NCBI RefSeq assembly: GCF_018350175.1
Contig: NC_058383.1
Coordinates: 1,302,001-1,366,000 of the forward strand
Source of the DNA: Felis catus
Lineage: Eukaryota
Direction: 5' to 3'
DNA length: 64,000 nt
A program made the position numbers and the translations under genes. This document shows positions 55,501 to 63,646 of this stretch, piece by piece. The notes beneath the pieces are model-generated. The model was not told the DNA's origin. It did not search any database and saw only the letters and a program-made list of their open reading frames with translations. Positions within the stretch are counted from its first letter, which is position 1. Each line of letters starts with the position of its first letter.

Positions 55501-57605
55501 GCTTTTAGTGTCCGCCTGCCCTCGCTGCCAGGGGAGGGCGCCTCGGGGCGGGGGGCTGCCGCCCCGCGAGGCTCGGGCCTGGACTGGAGGCCTGACTCGT
55601 CTCCCAAAGCGCAGCTGGCCCCACTGTGCCTTCTGCTCCCCGTGGCCCAGGGCTCCCTACCGCCAACCGAATCAGGCACAAGCATCTCTCCGGCGGCCAG
55701 CCTCGATTCTCGCCCCGTGCGCTGCCGGGACCTAGCCCGTTCCCGGCACGCTTTCCTCTCCGGAATGCAGGCCTCTGCCTGGCGGTTTACTCCCCAACAT
55801 CCTCGAGCACCTGTCAAGATCCTAGCCAGCCTTTAAGGCTCACCTGCACCTTACAGTTCCCTCGTGAGGCTTCTCTCTGCCAACACCGTCACGTGAGTAC
55901 CTGTGTGTTCCAAACCTGGGGCTGGCTGGGTATTTGACGGATCTGATCTACGTGGCCTCATGGAGCAGCTAAAGTTAATCACTGGGAATATGGCACAGAA
56001 AAGCAGGAGCGATCTCAGATGCGCGCAGCTCAAAGCCTTTCTGTAAATAACAGAACTAACATACTTTCTCTTGATGTTCACGTCGTAGCGTTTCCTGCCC
56101 CGTTGGCGAGGATCACTGAAGCGCGGGCAGAGGGGGACTCCCCAGAACACAGGGCCCCCTCTGGTCTGCCTCGGTGACCGCTGACCCCCAGTGCCCAGAG
56201 GGGAGGCGAGCCAAGGACAGAAGCTGCTCACGGAGCATAGTGGCTGGCAGTGCGGCCAGTCATACTCCAAGCCAGCCCCCGCAGAGGGGCTGAAGAGCAG
56301 AGAGAGCGAAGCCCATCCGCTTCCCAGCAGACGGCGCACGGGCACAAGCTGGGCGCGCTGCACGGGTGAGGATCCCGAACCGTGGGTCACCCTGACCTCA
56401 GAGAAGGCCGCTGAGGCTCACTGCAGCGACGTGCCCGCTGGGGACACCTGCTCCTGCAGCACGCCGGGGCCCGAGACCCCCCTGTGCCAAGCCCTAGCCC
56501 GCATTAACACTTCCCGGTCTCCGTCCCCGTCACGAGCTGGCCGGCTCGAGGCGGGTGGAGGCGCCTGCGTGAGAAGCGCTTTGGGGAACAAACTCGCAGA
56601 GGACTCCTCTCCACCCTTCCGCCTGTGCCGCACCCACGCTAAGCCTGGAAGTGGCCTCTCCTGAGCCCCCGGCAGACGAGCTGTGGGGCCTGCTCTCCGC
56701 CAAGTCCGGACACCGGCTTTACCTTCGATCGGGACCACAGACGGTTCTTTAATCGACGGAGAGATAGCGCGTTTTTCCGCGACTGCAGCCTCAGCCAGGC
56801 GCCCCAGGGCACTCAGAGGGGGTGTGGAGGAGAGTTTGGGGCGTTTGGTGAGGCCGGTCAGCGCTGAGGCACCGGCCAAAGCGGCTGCGGCGTCCCGCTT
56901 GCGCTCCGAAGGCAGGCCGGAAGGGGCAGGCTTCAGCAGGGTGGACGCCGTTTTCGATTCATTGGCCTGACCCTTTGAGCCCAGAGCAATGAAGTCTCCC
57001 GGCGGAGGGTGCCCTGCAGAGAGGGGAGATGGGGACACGTGCACCTTTACACGGTGGTGGTGGTGGGGGGCGGGGAGAGGATGCTGCACAGGGACTCCAA
57101 CCTCCCGCTTTCTCAGAGGGGCTCAGAGGAGCGGCAGGGCAGGCAAGAAACCAGTTGCCAGCAAGCCCAGGGCAGAGCAGGGTCTGGTGCGGTCAGTCAC
57201 TGGGTGCTGACTACAGACCAGACCAGACCCCTGCTTTGGGAGCGTCGGCTCACTTGATCCCAACAAGATTGTGACACAGGCACCCGTCCTCTCGCTTTGC
57301 AGAGGAGGAAAACGAGGCACCGAGACGTACAGTCACATGCGCCCGGCCACAGCGCTAGGCAGCCCGGCTCCGGCCTGTGCTGCCGCCCGCCCCCGGCCGG
57401 CGAGATCCTCAGCTGCTTCTCTGCAGCCTCGGGTGTGCCCCGAGAGGGAGTCCGCCTCCCGGAGGCGGTCGCAGCCGGCCCATCCGCCCAGGGACACCGT
57501 TCCAGACCCGACGCCCGGGAACCCGGGCCGCAGGCAGAAGCCCACACCTGAGGGCTTGGCCGCCGCGCTGGGCCTGCGGACCGTCGCGGGCTTGGCCCGG
57601 TTCAT
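28304..57605 (-). CDS. INTS1: Integrator complex subunit 1, complete, 47 coding exons, 6561 nt, 2186 aa
   Basis: The spliced translation runs from MNRAKPATVRRPSAAAKPSGHPPPGDFIALGSKGQANE... to ...QISEALRILHMEAVM*. Exon lengths sum to a multiple of 3 with consistent phases throughout. There are 44 GT-AG and 2 GC-AG coding introns. Exon numbers below assume one upstream non-coding exon. Confidence 0.98.
28515..28624 (-). CDS. INTS1: INTS1 exon 47
   Basis: IAADFLPTFMYCLGS...LLCQ; cag/gtgagt. Confidence 0.95.
28776..28867 (-). CDS. INTS1: INTS1 exon 46
   Basis: TSLQRLMSSAEEPCRHLAFGLALRSIQNNP; cag/gtgagc. Confidence 0.94.
29156..29226 (-). CDS. INTS1: INTS1 exon 45
   Basis: LLEVLSDIDEMSRRRPEILGFFS; tag/gtgagg. 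Confidence 0.95.
30135..30248 (-). CDS. INTS1: INTS1 exon 44
   Basis: ESSAGSLPLVSVSL...GQAVE; cag/gtaagt. Confidence 0.94.
30825..30937 (-). CDS. INTS1: INTS1 exon 43
   Basis: DLSFDSSDLVTLKSLLAG...DEEGE; cag/gtgagt. Confidence 0.94.
31248..31281. repeat. (AC)17 microsatellite
   Basis: Directly visible; abuts the INTS1 exon 42 donor. Confidence 0.95.
31286..31413 (-). CDS. INTS1: INTS1 exon 42
   Basis: SYRKSSRHLAPFIHKF...HADAL; cag/gtgagt. Confidence 0.94.
32042..32234 (-). CDS. INTS1: INTS1 exon 41
   Basis: HLPMIAALLHGRTHLNFQEF...VRLLL; cag/gtgggt. Confidence 0.95.
32623..32756 (-). CDS. INTS1: INTS1 exon 40
   Basis: LDGLIHRVITLLAD...PILLLR; cag/gtgcgg. Confidence 0.95.
33526..33649 (-). 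CDS. INTS1: INTS1 exon 39
   Basis: VPGRRCRDLLVQLYLQ...SSTCK; cag/gtgagc. Confidence 0.93.
33741..33967 (-). CDS. INTS1: INTS1 exon 38
   Basis: KRREELALRVRAPEL...QQWGD; cag/gtgagc. Confidence 0.93.
34045..34132 (-). CDS. INTS1: INTS1 exon 37 (GC donor)
   Basis: FDPSASLDFLWACIHVPRIWQGRDQRTPQ; cag/GCAGGT. Confidence 0.9.
34651..34781 (-). CDS. INTS1: INTS1 exon 36
   Basis: GKGHPGPQVPSFRPYLL...NREQR; cag/gtctgc. Confidence 0.92.
35428..35551 (-). CDS. INTS1: INTS1 exon 35
   Basis: PETVQLGPCSGLLVDWLE...FSRSK; cag/gtgggc. Confidence 0.93.
35673..35838 (-). CDS. INTS1: INTS1 exon 34
   Basis: LRGLIEAGSPHLEELL...EADSR; cag/gtgggc. Confidence 0.92.
36070..36210 (-). CDS. INTS1: INTS1 exon 33
   Basis: RSGLLRLAEALAFR...ELVGK; cag/gtaact. 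Confidence 0.93.
36472..36631 (-). CDS. INTS1: INTS1 exon 32
   Basis: RCVPQDTGFSSLFLK...RRISD; cag/gtgagg. Confidence 0.94.
37127..37381 (-). CDS. INTS1: INTS1 exon 31
   Basis: IFPLSPGPRWQSSS...QISQYQ; cag/gtgggc. Confidence 0.94.
37466..37509. repeat. (GA)22 microsatellite
   Basis: Directly visible in INTS1 intron 30. Confidence 0.95.
38091..38215 (-). CDS. INTS1: INTS1 exon 30
   Basis: SAEAPKPKSSPEQP...STVLQ; cag/gtacca. Confidence 0.92.
38453..38551 (-). CDS. INTS1: INTS1 exon 29
   Basis: YMAHLVEVQHERGASGG...LPPRR; cag/gtactg. Confidence 0.94.
38892..39038 (-). CDS. INTS1: INTS1 exon 28
   Basis: LQDLEPQQLLLFVQSFG...NIMDK; cag/gtgaga. Confidence 0.95.
39738..39899 (-). CDS. INTS1: INTS1 exon 27
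   Basis: GDGEFQALLDIWFPEK...RLVDA; aag/gtacgg. Confidence 0.9.
40902..41013 (-). CDS. INTS1: INTS1 exon 26
   Basis: SESQDQVFLRW...LTLGPPR; cag/gtgagt. Confidence 0.95.
41098..41265 (-). CDS. INTS1: INTS1 exon 25
   Basis: DVARLVVERSTIMSHLFS...EVYSW; cag/gtaagg. Confidence 0.95.
42267..42371 (-). CDS. INTS1: INTS1 exon 24
   Basis: AIHMETDPQTISAYL...DLAL; cag/gtgagg. Confidence 0.95.
42476..42655 (-). CDS. INTS1: INTS1 exon 23
   Basis: GLSLVLSEGSLRDGEEK...LALQQ; cag/gtacgg. Confidence 0.94.
43043..43192 (-). CDS. INTS1: INTS1 exon 22
   Basis: RQQKQRQLLGRLQDLLLG...VLAMK; cag/gtgcgg. Confidence 0.94.
43278..43457 (-). CDS. INTS1: INTS1 exon 21
   Basis: ASSQSMPWLADLVQSS...KARKRQ; cag/gtcggt. 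Confidence 0.93.
43716..43845 (-). CDS. INTS1: INTS1 exon 20 (GC donor)
   Basis: GPPRRPPPHILDQVK...NIIQRQ; cag/GCGAGT. Confidence 0.9.
44082..44279 (-). CDS. INTS1: INTS1 exon 19
   Basis: NYSYPPCTLTDEETRTEM...LTSLDP; cag/gtacgt. Confidence 0.95.
45194..45254 (-). CDS. INTS1: INTS1 exon 18
   Basis: LAAWEEYPTLKMLMEMVMT; tag/gtaagt. Confidence 0.95.
45422..45513 (-). CDS. INTS1: INTS1 exon 17
   Basis: YQPPNLAISTLYWKAWPLLLVVAAFNPENI; cag/gtgagc. Confidence 0.95.
46017..46248 (+). mobile_element. Young CAN-SINE (SINEC_Fc-like) with 17-bp TSD
   Basis: GGGGCGCCTGGGTGGCACAGTCGGTTAAGCGTCCGACTTCAGCCAGGTCACGATCTCGCGG head, long A tail, TSD AAGAAAGTAGCAGATCC at 46000-46016 and 46249-46265. Confidence 0.96.
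46330..48220 (+). mobile_element. Old L1 (L1M/L1MB-like) ORF2 3' part and 3' UTR fossil, interrupted by a SINE
   Basis: Recognisable L1 ORF2 landmarks (GACAAGCTGACCTAGAAATTCAC; CCCACACATCTGTGGTCA; GAGCTAAAACCTGGAAGTTCTTAG; ATATATAAAGAACTCC) and a 3' UTR ending GAATTTACTAAAAC. Subfamily assigned from memory. Confidence 0.75.
47184..47380 (+). mobile_element. CAN-SINE with TSD
   Basis: GGGGTGCCTGGGTGGCTCAGTCGGTTAAGC head; AAGAAATGACAC repeated at 47168-47179 and 47381-47392. Confidence 0.9.
48502..48598 (-). CDS. INTS1: INTS1 exon 16
   Basis: VEVLKVERIQLIDAVLNLCTYHHPENIQLPP; cag/gtacgg. Confidence 0.95.
49127..49284 (-). CDS. INTS1: INTS1 exon 15
   Basis: FFLRLCSEVPILEDTLMR...AVQAD; cag/gtgagg. 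Confidence 0.95.
49837..49914 (-). CDS. INTS1: INTS1 exon 14
   Basis: LHKVLFTEQPETYYKWDNWPPESDR; cag/gtgagc. Confidence 0.95.
50256..50376 (-). CDS. INTS1: INTS1 exon 13
   Basis: LEVLRSFQNQIAAIQRDAVWWLH...DYVH; cag/gtacgg. Confidence 0.95.
50973..51081 (-). CDS. INTS1: INTS1 exon 12
   Basis: ERFVVHITDVLAVSMMLG...KGEKK; cag/gtaagg. Confidence 0.95.
51606..51782 (-). CDS. INTS1: INTS1 exon 11
   Basis: FLAMVFQDLLTNKDDYLR...EMEFK; cag/gtgccg. Confidence 0.95.
52548..52689 (-). CDS. INTS1: INTS1 exon 10
   Basis: ELLSAHKDNLGTTIK...SELAPK; cag/gtaggg. Confidence 0.95.
52789..52934 (-). CDS. INTS1: INTS1 exon 9
   Basis: LTRPAQDLLMSVCMNC...HYMLCIR; cag/gtgcgg. Confidence 0.95.
53020..53206 (-). 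CDS. INTS1: INTS1 exon 8
   Basis: YDDLTESVEEYVLDMLRDQ...WLQNPK; tag/gtgagg. Confidence 0.95.
53319..53424 (-). CDS. INTS1: INTS1 exon 7
   Basis: GSPHPSLTEEEDSQTELLIAEEK...LMPR; cag/gtaggc. Confidence 0.93.
53581..53740 (-). CDS. INTS1: INTS1 exon 6
   Basis: VYIEDSLGERIWVD...GGDLSA; cag/gtgaga. Confidence 0.95.
54002..54139 (-). CDS. INTS1: INTS1 exon 5
   Basis: ALCSLLRRDASINFK...WPEIFVK; cag/gtgagg. Confidence 0.95.
54226..54422 (-). CDS. INTS1: INTS1 exon 4
   Basis: VPPSVLLDEIEAAELEG...FATEGVIE; cag/gtgagg. Confidence 0.95.
56723..57013 (-). CDS. INTS1: INTS1 exon 3
   Basis: GHPPPGDFIALGSKG...EPSVVPIE; cag/gtaaag. Confidence 0.95.
57548..57605 (-). CDS. INTS1: INTS1 exon 2 (first coding)
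   Basis: MNRAKPATVRRPSAAAKPS; donor gtgtgg. Confidence 0.93.
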
Positions 57606-57994
57606 TCTGTCCCCCTCCCCGCGCTGCTCCTCGCCGCCGCGGTGTCACCCGAGGAGAAGGCCGGCGCCGATCCGCCGTCCCCTCGCTCGCTCATTCATTC
57701 ATTCGCGCCCGGGCCGTCCGGGGCTGGGGCCTGCGGGCGAAGGGGCCGCGGCCCCGCAGGACGGGGCGACTCGGGGGCCGCGCGGGCCCCGCCTCGGATC
57801 CGCCGGGGAGGGATCGGTACCGCCGGCAGCCGCGGCCCGGCCCACACACCACCCGCCCAGCGAACCGCCTCGGCGCCCCAGCCACGGCCGTCCCGGAACC
57901 GGAAGCCACCCTTGCCACCCTCGGCACCACGACTTCCAGAACAACCGGAAGCAAAACAGCACGGGTTGGGCGGGAGGCGCCTGCGCGGTGCTTG

Positions 57995-58010
57995 CAGCGC
58001 CCTCTGGCGG
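57995..58010 (-). promoter_or_regulatory. CTCF-type motif upstream of INTS1
   Basis: Minus strand CCGCCAGAGGGCGCTG. Confidence 0.55.
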
Positions 58011-59267
58011 CGGGAGGCCGGCCGAACCTCGCTGCCGCCGACCTGAGTGGCACGTGCCCTCTGCAGGTGAGGGTGACGCGGTTCAGGGAGGGGGTCGCGG
58101 GGACTCGGAACCGGAGGTGCTGCACCTTCAGGGTCCTGCCCTCCCGTTAGGCTGTCAGAGGCCAGGTTTCTGGGATGCCCGCGTTGGGTCGAAGAGGGAG
58201 CCCAGGGCTGCGAATGGGCAGGCACGTCTGCAGCGGGGATCCCAGCCTCAGTTTCCCCGCCCGCACAGCGGGGCACTGCTGCCTCTCCCAGGCCTTTTGA
58301 TGGCAGAGGAGGTGTCCACCCTCCCGGAGTGAGGCTCCATGGCGACGAAACCCCACGCCCCCCACTCCTATCGGGGGTCACCGTGCGGTCCTCGGGTCTC
58401 CGGACGCAGCCCCACCCTGCACCACGCACGAACGAGGCCGGAGCGACTGTCCGGCCCACAGTCTCACTGGCCAGCCAGGTGCCTTCCTCTGTAGAGTGGG
58501 CGGCCTGGCGTGAAGGGACAGGCCGTGGGAACCCGGAGCGAGGCGCTTCTACCGGGCCTGAGCTCTGGCAAAGCAGCGGTCTGCAGTTAAGGGACCTTCC
58601 TCAGTGGCGGCTGCGGGTAGGGAAGGGCCGAGCCTCAGGGGAGGAGGAGGCAGTGGGGCCCAGGTGAAGACCTGCAAAGGGCGGTCAGTCAGTGTGGACC
58701 CGTAGCCAGCTGTGTCCGCAAGGGGCAGTGACCGGACGGGGGAGACGGGCCCACCCTCGTGACGGTCACGTTCACAGGAATGGCTGTGGGTCCCCACGTG
58801 TGTCTCAGAAGGACACAGGAGGGCTCACCACTGCAAGCCGTTTAGCGAATGCTCTAAAGCAGGGGGCAAGGGACTTGCTGGCCCCACCGGGGGTCCCTCT
58901 GTCAGCCGTGGCTGGTAGAACCGGTGGGCACAGCAGGCACGAGCGAGGATCCTTTGTCACGTGGGGGGGGGGCCCTACTGGGAGCCCAGAGCCGTGCCCC
59001 CTGGCGTGGCCAGTGGGGGCCCTTCTGCCAGGGGAGGGAGGCAGCAGTGGGGTCACCTTGCCAAGGGCAGTGGAGGGTGTAACTCAGAAAGCCCATGGGA
59101 GGTGCCCGGTGCCCCGTAGCGCCCCCCCCCCCAAAGAGGCGTCACGCTCCCTGCCGTGGTCGTTGTCCTTACTCAGAACCACGGGCCCCCAGAAGCGGCC
59201 GGCAGGTCCCGGGAGCTTGGCAGCCCAGGCCCTGCCCTCAGCAGGGGAAGGCTCTAAGGGCCAGGGC

Positions 59268-59530
59268 TGGAGGGTGGAGCCCTCGTCCTGGGATTGGTGC
59301 CGTTATAAGAAGCGCCCGGAGCTGGGAGACTTTTCCCCCACTGCTTCCCCAGCCCCCCAAGATGAGGACCCGACAAGGTGCCGTCTGCAAGCCAGGAGGC
59401 GGGCTCCCACCAGACACCAGGGCTGCGGCACCCGGCTCTTGGACTCCCGGCCTCCAGAACCATGATGAGGAAATGTTTGCTCTTTGGCCCCCACCTGGTA
59501 CCACGCCGTAGCCACCGCAGCCGAGACCCG
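59268..59530 (+). mobile_element. MaLR LTR fragment (MLT1A/MST-like)
   Basis: GGGTGGAGCCCTCGTCCTGGGATTGGTGCCGTTATAAGA...TCTTGGACTCCCGGCCTCCAGAAC. Confidence 0.65.
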
Positions 59531-59869
59531 GTCCGAAGCCCTCCTTCTGCCCACAGCAGGAGCGCACCTGCTTCTCTGGGGTGGGAGAGGGACGTGGGCC
59601 CTCATTCCAGCAGGTGGCCGTGACTCACAGTGCAGAGGCCGCCGGAGGCCTGGCAGCCACACCGGCCCGCAGCCCCCCCACGTTCAGTCCCTGCCCTGCG
59701 GGAACGCCAGGACCCCGGGCCGGCGCCCTGTGCGTGGGCTGGGAGGACAGGGTCACCGCCTGGTCCTCGGTCCTCAGCGTGGGCACGGAGTAGGGCTCAG
59801 AGCGGAAGGGCGGCCGCTGCACCCGGCGAGGACAGACACCAACAGGTGCTGGCCAAGATGTGGCCCGGC

Positions 59870-60376
59870 GGTGGGAAGGGGCCGGGCTGCCACGGGGCCC
59901 TGCCAGAGTGCTCCCGAGCATGCACCCCAGAGAACTGGAAATGCTCAGATAAACGCCTTGCACACCCATGTTCCCGGCGACACTGTTCGCACCAGGCAGA
60001 AGGTAGAAGCAAACGTCTAGCAACGGATGAACGGATAAACAGAAAGTGGTCTGTCCCCATGGTGGAATACTATTCAGCCATAAAGAGGAAGGAAACACGA
60101 TCCACGGCACGAAGAAGCTCAAAAACATGCCATGCACAAAAGACCACACATTGTCTGGTTCCATTGATATGAAAAACCTAGGACAGGCAAATCCCCAGAG
60201 ACGGAAAGCAGATTAGCGGGCACTGGGGGTGGGGAGGGCAGTGGGTGAGCGGGCACAGGGTTTCTCTCCAGGTGATAGAAACGCGTGGAATTTGAGGGTG
60301 GTTCTGGATGCACAACGCGTGAAAACACCAAAAGCCTCCAAATCACACACTTCAAAATGGTAAATGTTACGGTTTG
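59870..60376 (+). mobile_element. Old L1 3' end (L1MB-like)
   Basis: GGATAAACAGAAAGTGGTC...GGAATACTATTCAGCCATAAAGAGG...GGCAAATCCCCAGAGACGGAAAGCAGATTAG...CACTTCAAAATGGTAAATG. Confidence 0.8.
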
Positions 60377-60429
60377 TAGCCCAATACAGTTATCGAGAAA
60401 AGAGCCAGGAAAAACTTACTTGTCTCCAA

Positions 60430-60565
60430 CCTCGCTGATGTATAATTGGCAAAATTTGTGGGTATTTAAGGTACGACGTGCGACGTTTGATATGTGTACG
60501 CTTTGCGAAGCGATTATTACAATCCAGCTGATTAGCGTTCCCTTGTTCTCACACAGTTACATAGT
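60430..60565 (-). mobile_element. L1 3'-end fragment (L1MA-like)
   Basis: TATAATTGGCAAAATTTGTGGGTATTTAAGGTACGACGTG...CACACAGTTAC resembles a reverse L1 3' end. Confidence 0.6.
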
Positions 60566-60850
60566 TTTGGAGGGCAGTGAGGTTTTGAAACAAAGTTGTC
60601 TGAGACGCCAGCCTCTGTGCCCGCTCTGGAGCCTGCCGTGCCCACTTCCCTCCCCGTCGCTGGGATGGCGGCTCCTGGAACCCGCCCGCCGCTCCTGCTG
60701 AGCTCCAAGCTGTGACTCAGCCACTGTGCCACCTGACGGGGGGGTGGGGGTGCAGAGACAGACCACCGCTGCTGCCCTGCCCAGAGTGCAGACCCTCGAG
60801 CAAGGTGGTGACCGTTGTTCTTTTAAGCCCCTGAAGCCTAAATAAAATTT

Positions 60851-61011
60851 GAGGGCCGCCCGGGTGGCTCATTCAGCAAGTGTCCAGCTTGGGTTCGGCA
60901 CACAAGATGATCTCACGATTCGTGGGTTCAAGCCCCACATCGGGCTCTGCACTGATGGCACAGAGCCTGCCTGGGATTCTCTGTCTCCCTCTGCCCCGCC
61001 TTCGCTTGCAT

Positions 61012-61066
<55 letters not shown>

Positions 61067-61085
61067 ATAAATAAACGACAAAAAA
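60851..61085 (+). mobile_element. CAN-SINE, diverged
   Basis: Degenerate head, GATCTCACGATTCGTGGGTTCAAGCCCCAC body, long (CT)n, AAAATAAATAAAC tail. Confidence 0.88.
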
Positions 61086-61099
61086 GGAATCCTTTAAAA

Positions 61100-61980
61100 C
61101 AAGTCGGGGGACGTATTGTCAGAATTTGCAAGAATAGTACCGAGTACTAGACAGCCTTCATCCTGAAACCCTGAACATTGCTCTATCCCTTTCTCTCCAT
61201 CCATTCGTAATTTTTTCCTGAACCATTTAAGAATGAGTAGCAGAAGATTCCTTTTCACCCGTAAACGCTTGAGTGTGTATTTCCAGAAAACAAGGAATTG
61301 TCTTATGCAATAACCACGCTATTGTCAACATCAAGACGTTAACATCAAAGCAATGCTTTTCATTAATCTACGGCTTTATCAAGCCCCAATCCACTGTTCC
61401 AGCAATATCTTTAGGGCAGAGACAATCCAAGATTCTGCATTGCGTTCCATGGCCCTATCCCCCCACCCCCAACCCACCCCCACCCTTGTAGCCTTTCTTC
61501 TGGAATAGTCCCTGAGCCCTCCTAGGTAATTCACGACATTGGCTTTTTTCTTTCTCTCTTTCTTTCTTTTAATTTTAGAGTGAGAGAGAGAGAGAGCAAG
61601 CTGGAAAGGAAGGCAGAGAGAGAGAGAGAGAGAAAATCCCAATCAGGCTCAATGCTCAGTGCAGAGCCCAACATAGGACTCGATCCCACCACCCCGGGAT
61701 CGTGACCTAAGCAGAAATCAAGAGTCAGACACTCAACTGACCGAACCACCCAGGTGCCCCGACATTGACATTTTGGAAGGGTCCAGGCCTGTTCCTGTGT
61801 AGAATTCCCCCCAATTCGGGCTTGTCTGCTGGTTCACAATTAGGCTCAGCTTACACATTTCCGGCAGGGATAGTGCAGAGACGCTAACTTCTTCCCCGTC
61901 GGTAGTCACGTGACCTTACGTGTAACTTATCTCACTCCTGGCAATAACTTGATTACTTGGTTCGAGGGATGTCTGCTGGA
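61100..61980 (-). mobile_element. Old L1MC-like fragments around the 61.5-kb SINE
   Basis: AT-richer decayed sequence (TTTTTCCTGAACCATTTAAGAATGAGTAGCAGA; GTGTGTATTTCC...AACAAGGA). Confidence 0.5.
61544..61760 (-). mobile_element. CAN-SINE, diverged
   Basis: Reverse-complement head ending CCAGGTGCCCC at 61760, (GA)n, T-rich tail, GACATTG on both flanks. Confidence 0.88.
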
Positions 61981-63646
61981 TTTCTCCCGTCTTTCACCCT
62001 CCAAACGTCCAGCCACTCAGTTTCAGCTTCCTTGCTGACCTGTGCCCGACGCCATCACGATGACCACAGTTGGCGGGAGGCGCATTTGTGCTTGTCTCGT
62101 CCTCCCGCGTCCTCGTCCTATGCCGGGGAGAGCTGCCCTCCCCTCCCCCCCACCCCCGCCCCCAGCGCTGGCCCATGACCTTCCCCTGAGGATGGACTGT
62201 GGATTCCTCATCCAGCAGATTCGATCCTTCGCTATCATTATTTATCGCAGGCACAAGACACTCCAGATCTCGACAGTGGGGTCCCGCGAGGCTGGCTTGT
62301 CGTCTTCTGACGCGACTCCATCGTGAGCGAAGCTTGTCCTTACTTTTCGAAGCCACCGAGTGTGGAGGTTGTTTGGTACAGACGGCTGGGCTGGGCGGGT
62401 GGGAGGAGAGACGGAGGGGAGGCAGGTCACGGGAGAGGGGCAGGTGCCGGGCGAGCCCCGGGCAGGGGGCTGGGTTTGAGCGTCTGCTCCCACCGCCGAC
62501 GGCTGCCAGCTTCCCCACCTGCCCTTCCAGGCTGCCCCGGGGAGCGTAGGGGAAGAGCCTCCTCCAGGCTTCCCCGGGCGGGCGGAGCTGGGCCGTTGCG
62601 GGCGGCAGGGGCCGGGAGGAGGGCAAGAGGGGCCAAAGCAGAGCCAGACTCCCGAGTCTGCCGAGGTTCTGCCCAGTGCCAACCGCGTGCGGGGGGAGAT
62701 GGGAGAAAGTGGGCTGTGCCCGACCTCTGACCTCTGACCCAGGATTGGAGACGCAGGCTCTGGCTTGACCACCCTGGAGGCGGTTTTCTTTGCGAAGAAG
62801 CTCGCCCTTGGGGGGTCCCAGGGTCTGGACGCAGGGGGACCGCCTCTGCCCAGGTCCTGCAGACCTCCCCGCCCAGGACCCGCCACCGCGTGCTGCCTGC
62901 AGGACCCCCGGAAACACGCCCCTCTTCTGCCTCAAAACCTCCCAGCCCCACCCCTTCCTCCGAGAAGCCCTCCGGGTTCCCTCCCCGGGCAGGCCGTGCT
63001 GCTCTTCTGCCACTGCGTCCGCCACAGAAGCTGCACCCTGGACTCCGCCGAGGTACGTGGCGGGGGGGGGGCTCGCGGGGGACACTGAGGCGGCCCCGTC
63101 CCAGAACCGAGTGCAGGGGCCTCGGCCGGGCCCAGGGGTCTGCCTTCCACGACCTCCCGTGGGTGCCAACACAGGTGCCTCCCTGAGACGCACTGTGTCG
63201 CGTCCCGGGGCTGCCGTGGCAAACGCCGCAGACCGAGGCCCAAACCGCGGGGGATTATTCTCTGCAGGTGCGGGGGGGGGGGGCCCGAGTCGGAGGTCAA
63301 GGTGTCAGGGCCGCGCTCCGGCTCCGGGGGAGGGTCCTTCCGCGTCCCTCCGGCTCCCGGCGGCAGCTGGCGCTCGTCGCTCGCTCAGGGAGGAGCTGGC
63401 ATCCCCAGCCCTTGCCGCCTCTTTCCGTGGCCTCTGCGTCCGTGTCTCCCCTGTCCTGTCAGTGGCTGAGGGCCGCCCTGATCCAGGGTGATCTCAGACC
63501 CTTACCTGACTCAGACCGTCAAAGACCGCTTCCAAATGTGGCCCGACAGTGTTGGGCCACCGCCCGGGTAGCGTGGGCGTGTGTCCCTGGCTGCCACCTG
63601 CCGGCGCCTCATGGGGCTCTGCTCTCTGGACTCTGCTCTTGCTGTT

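Larger units (their letters stand above)
57330..58110 (-). promoter_or_regulatory. INTS1 CpG-island promoter and probable non-coding exon 1
   Basis: Dense CpG. ETS CCGGAAG motifs at ~57899 and ~57945, NRF1-like GCGCCTGCGC at ~57977, E-box palindrome GGCACGTGCC at 58049-58058, and a possible donor GCG|gtaccg at 57820. No obvious TATA box. Confidence 0.8.

Noticed and set aside
61994..63491. 399-aa and 233-aa ORFs near the right end as a possible third gene
   Set aside because: No domain similarity or consistent exon structure; GC-rich low-complexity translations
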